This document shows positions 61,048-64,000 of a stretch of DNA of 64,000 nt, piece after piece. Position 1 is the first letter of the stretch. Each line of letters starts with the position of its first letter. Origin of the DNA: an uncultured Gemmatimonadaceae bacterium. GTDB lineage: Bacteria > Gemmatimonadota > Gemmatimonadetes > Longimicrobiales > RSA9. Location: NCBI GenBank assembly GCA_964605205.1, contig CAZSBL010000002.1, forward strand, positions 7,932 to 71,931. The letters run 5' to 3'. Below the pieces are notes generated by a model that saw only the letters and a program-made list of their open reading frames with translations, was not told the origin of the DNA and did no database searches. The translations under genes were made by a program, and so were the position numbers.

Positions 61048-61520
61048 ACGGACTGCGACGGATGACGCTGATCTTGGCCCTCGGGCTCCTCACCGCTTCG
61101 GCGTGCGCGCCGAAGGTGAGTCAGCCGGACGTGTGGCTGAGCGGAGCGCGCCTGGTCTCCCTTGGGATCCGGGGCGGCGTGATCGACGTGGAGCTGGGCG
61201 TGTACAACCCGAACCGGTTCGCGATCCGGGCGGGCGGGCTGACATACGACCTGGATTTCGAGGAACCCGAGGGCGATGGGTGGCTCGACTTCGCCGAGGG
61301 CCGGTGGCAAGAGGGGTTCCGGATCGGTGCCGGTGACACGGCGAGCGTGGTGATCCCCGTGGAGTTCAGCTATCGTGGACTGGGAAGTGCCGTGCGCGGG
61401 CTCCTGGATCGGGGCTCGTTCGGGTACCGAGTGGACGGGCTGGTGGCGGTGGAGCAGCCGGTGGCTCGGGACATCCAGTACCGGCACAGCGGGACCGTGA
61501 CGCCGGGCGGCGTTCGGTAG
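61044..61520 (+). CDS. LEA_2 / water-stress-hypersensitive-response (NDR1/HIN1-like) domain lipoprotein
   Basis: The lipobox is LGLLTASAC. The sequence [29 protein letters not shown]...[12 protein letters not shown] follows the LEA14-like beta-sandwich pattern. Confidence 0.65.
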   Translation: MNGLRRMTLILALGLLTASACAPKVSQPDVWLSGARLVSLGIRGGVIDVELGVYNPNRFAIRAGGLTYDLDFEEPEGDGWLDFAEGRWQEGFRIGAGDTASVVIPVEFSYRGLGSAVRGLLDRGSFGYRVDGLVAVEQPVARDIQYRHSGTVTPGGVR

Positions 61521-61588
61521 AGAAGCGAAGAGGAGGCAGCATAAGAGAACCGATTTCGCTGGAGGAGCCGGAGGAGCGGGCGGTCCTG

Positions 61589-62839
61589 GTGGGAGCGCCC
61601 GCGGGCCGGGTCACGCCGGAAGAGGCGGACGAGCACCTGGAGGAGCTGGGCCGGCTGGCGGACACGGCCGGCGCGAACGTGGTGGCGGTCCTGATCCAGC
61701 GACTGGACGCGCCCCAGCCGAAGTACTTCATCGGGGAAGGGAAGGCGAAGCAGCTGAAGAAGGTGGCCAGGGAGCGGGAGGCCACCGTGGTCATCTTCGA
61801 TGACGAGCTCACGCCGGCCCAGGGGAAGAACCTGGAGGACCTGCTGGATGTCCGGGTCATGGATCGAACGGAGTTGATCCTGGACATCTTCGCCACCCGG
61901 GCCCGGACCACGGAGGCGCAGCTGCAGGTGGAGCTGGCGCAGCTCGAGTACCTGCTGCCGCGGCTGAAGCGGATGTGGACCCACCTCTCCCGGATCCGGG
62001 GCGGGATCGGGCTCCGGGGCCCCGGTGAGACGCAGCTGGAGACCGACCGTCGGATCATCGGCCGGCGGATCGCCGACCTGCGAGAGAAGCTGGAGACGGT
62101 GGCGCAGCGGCGGGCCACGCAGCGGAAGCGTCGTGAGGACGTCTTCCAGGCCGCGCTGGTGGGCTACACCAACGCCGGCAAGTCGAGCCTTCTGCGCTCG
62201 ATGTCGGGCTCCGACCTGTTCATCGAGGACCGGCTCTTCGCCACCCTCGACCCGGCCACCCGCCGCGTCGAGCTGCCCATGGGGTCGGCCGTGCTGGTCA
62301 CGGACACGGTCGGGTTCATCCGCAAGCTGCCCCATCACCTGGTGGCGAGCTTCCGGGCCACGCTGGAGGAGGCGGAGGAGGCCGACGTGCTGCTCCACGT
62401 GATCGACGGGTCTCACCCCCGCTGGCAGGAGCAGAAAGCGGTGGTGGAGGAGGTGCTTCGGGACCTGGAGATGGCGGACGTGCCCGTGGCGCTGGTCTTC
62501 AACAAGATGGACCTGATCACCCACGATGAGGAGAACGCGCTCCGCCACCGAGTGGAGGCGTTGTACCCGGAGCCGGCCGTCTACACGTCCACGGTGGAGC
62601 AAGAGGGCCTGGTGGGGCTGGTGGACTTCCTGGAGGACCAGATCCGGGACCAGCGGCCCGAGGTCCACGTCCTGATCCCGGCCGCCGACGGTGAGAGCCT
62701 GGCCACGGTGTACCGGGAGGGCGAGGTGATCCGCCAGGAGGAGCACGGCACCACCATCGATCTCCTGGCCCGGCTGCCGAAGCCCACGCTGGGGCGGCTG
62801 AAGCAGCGTGAGGGCGTCCAGATCAACGGGGCGGCGTGA
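61589..62839 (+). CDS. hflX: GTPase HflX (the true start is probably upstream of 61589; see findings)
   Basis: The sequence PKYFIGEGKAKQLK...DDELTPAQGKNLEDLLDVRVMDRTELILDIFATRARTTEAQLQVELAQLEYLLPRL and the G-domain motifs VGYTNAGKSSLL and DTVGF, NKMD are present. Confidence 0.9.
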   Translation: MGAPAGRVTPEEADEHLEELGRLADTAGANVVAVLIQRLDAPQPKYFIGEGKAKQLKKVAREREATVVIFDDELTPAQGKNLEDLLDVRVMDRTELILDIFATRARTTEAQLQVELAQLEYLLPRLKRMWTHLSRIRGGIGLRGPGETQLETDRRIIGRRIADLREKLETVAQRRATQRKRREDVFQAALVGYTNAGKSSLLRSMSGSDLFIEDRLFATLDPATRRVELPMGSAVLVTDTVGFIRKLPHHLVASFRATLEEAEEADVLLHVIDGSHPRWQEQKAVVEEVLRDLEMADVPVALVFNKMDLITHDEENALRHRVEALYPEPAVYTSTVEQEGLVGLVDFLEDQIRDQRPEVHVLIPAADGESLATVYREGEVIRQEEHGTTIDLLARLPKPTLGRLKQREGVQINGAA

Positions 62840-63699
62840 GCGATCGGGTCGCCGTGATCGGGCCCGGCCGGATGGGGCTGGCGCTGGGAGGTGCGCTGAT
62901 GCAGGGCGGCGCCGTGGAGACGCTGACCTACTTCGGGCGCTCGCCCGAGCCGCCGCCGCACCCGCTCTTCGAGACCGACGGCGTGGACTACCGCGTGGGC
63001 CACGGCCCGCTCCCCGACGAGACCGACGTCCTGATCCTGGCCGTCCCCGATGACGCCCTCCACGACGTGGCCAACCAGGTGGCCCGGCTCGGCAAAACGC
63101 CCTCGCCGTGCGTGGCGCTCCACCTCTCGGGCGCCCTGTCCACCGACGTGCTGACCCCGCTCCACACCGCCGGCTTCACGGTGGGCTCCCTGCACCCGCT
63201 CCAGACGGTGGCCGACCCGTGGTCCGGAGCCGGCCGGCTCCGGGGGTGCGCCTACGCCATCGCCGGGCAGCCCGGTGCCCTGACCGCCGCCCGACGGCTG
63301 GTAAACGCGCTGGAGGGTCAGCCGCTGGTGATCCCGCCGGCGCTCCGGCCGCTCTACCACGCCGCCGCCGTCTTCGCGTCGAACTACGTCCTGGCCGCCG
63401 CGGCGACCATCGCCCGCACGCTGGCGGAGGCCGGGATCGCCGAGGACGACGCCGTGGCCGCTGCGCTCCCGCTCATGCGGGGCACCATGGACAACGTGGA
63501 GCAGCTGGGGCTCGGGGCCGCGCTGACGGGGCCCGTGGCACGCGGGGATGTGGACACCGTTCGGCTCCACCTCTCGCGCTTGTCGCCCAGGGAGCGGCGC
63601 CTATATTCGGCACTCGGACTGGAGACCCTGGAGCTGGCCCGGAACGTGGGGCTGGACCCCGACCGGGCCGCCGCCATCGAGGCACTGCTGCGAGACTGA
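62836..63699 (+). CDS. Rossmann-fold NAD(P)-binding protein with a DUF2520-like C-terminal domain
   Basis: The sequence [17 protein letters not shown]...[10 protein letters not shown]...LHPL...AVFASNY...RGD matches the pattern. A GTGA overlap links it to the hflX stop. Confidence 0.7.
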   Translation: MSDRVAVIGPGRMGLALGGALMQGGAVETLTYFGRSPEPPPHPLFETDGVDYRVGHGPLPDETDVLILAVPDDALHDVANQVARLGKTPSPCVALHLSGALSTDVLTPLHTAGFTVGSLHPLQTVADPWSGAGRLRGCAYAIAGQPGALTAARRLVNALEGQPLVIPPALRPLYHAAAVFASNYVLAAAATIARTLAEAGIAEDDAVAAALPLMRGTMDNVEQLGLGAALTGPVARGDVDTVRLHLSRLSPRERRLYSALGLETLELARNVGLDPDRAAAIEALLRD

Positions 63700-64000
63700 T
63701 GCGACTCCATATCAACATCGACCACGTCGCCACCATCCGGCAGGCCCGGATGACCGACGAGCCAGACCCTGTGCGCGCCGCCGTGCTGGTGGAGCAGGGC
63801 GGCGCGGACGGGATCACCGTGCACCTGCGGGAGGACCGTCGCCATATCCAGGACCGGGACGTGCGGCTCCTCATGGAGACGTGCCGTACGGGGGTGAACC
63901 TGGAGATGGCCGCCACCGACGAGATGGTGGGGATCGCCACGGAGCTGGCGCCCATGGCCGTCACCCTGGTCCCGGAGAAGCGGCAGGAGATCACCACCGA
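63699..64000 (+). CDS. pdxJ: Pyridoxine 5'-phosphate synthase, N-terminal ~100 codons; continues off the right edge
   Basis: This gene is not in the ORF track because it is truncated. The translation [55 protein letters not shown]...LEMAATDEM...[13 protein letters not shown] matches PdxJ. A TGATG overlap links it to the upstream stop. Confidence 0.9.
   Translation, partial: MRLHINIDHVATIRQARMTDEPDPVRAAVLVEQGGADGITVHLREDRRHIQDRDVRLLMETCRTGVNLEMAATDEMVGIATELAPMAVTLVPEKRQEITT

Overview
This window is a very GC-rich bacterial chromosomal segment with a strong G/C third-codon-position bias (judged by eye, not computed). It is gene-dense, with about 60 supportable CDS, and most of them are housekeeping genes. 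Recognisable genes are mfd (5' part, cut at the left edge), lepA, pruA, an mrp/apbC-like gene, an ECF sigma/anti-sigma pair, ubiE/menG, mutM, purD, an MlaFED-like operon, glmM-glmS, dtd, maf, glpK, a superoxide dismutase, ltaE, recA, alaS, gmhA, cca, rarA, hflX and pdxJ (5' part, cut at the right edge). Many neighbouring genes are linked by 1-4 nt start/stop overlaps (ATGA, GTGA, TAATG), so long co-translated operons are likely. I saw no rRNA, tRNA, CRISPR array, transposase, integrase or phage genes. The lineage is unknown. The protein repertoire (BatA/DUF58, beta-propeller lipoproteins, PRLRGSAV-type intergenic repeats) reminds me of Gemmatimonadota- or Acidobacteria-like soil and marine bacteria, but that is only an impression. 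Most of the very long ORFs in the supplied track are antisense or N-terminally over-extended shadows typical of high-GC DNA, so I re-called starts from motifs, RBS and overlaps. The observations most worth follow-up are listed here.
- A translationally coupled pair encodes a fused STAS-GHKL ATPase and a DUF4325(STAS-like)-winged-helix protein. It looks like an unconventional partner-switching module, and it sits at the end of a sugar-kinase operon.
- A roughly 320-390 bp MITE-like inverted-repeat element is present in three copies, and one copy lies in the recA leader.
- The Mla-like operon has an ATPase subunit that has lost every catalytic ABC motif.
- An ECF-sigma operon resembles a Lia/Psp-type envelope-stress module.
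- A perfect 7-4-7 AT-rich palindrome lies upstream of a membrane-protein/XRE operon.
- The conserved N-terminus of hflX lies upstream of any canonical start codon.
All family assignments come from motifs I recognise in the translations. No database search was run.
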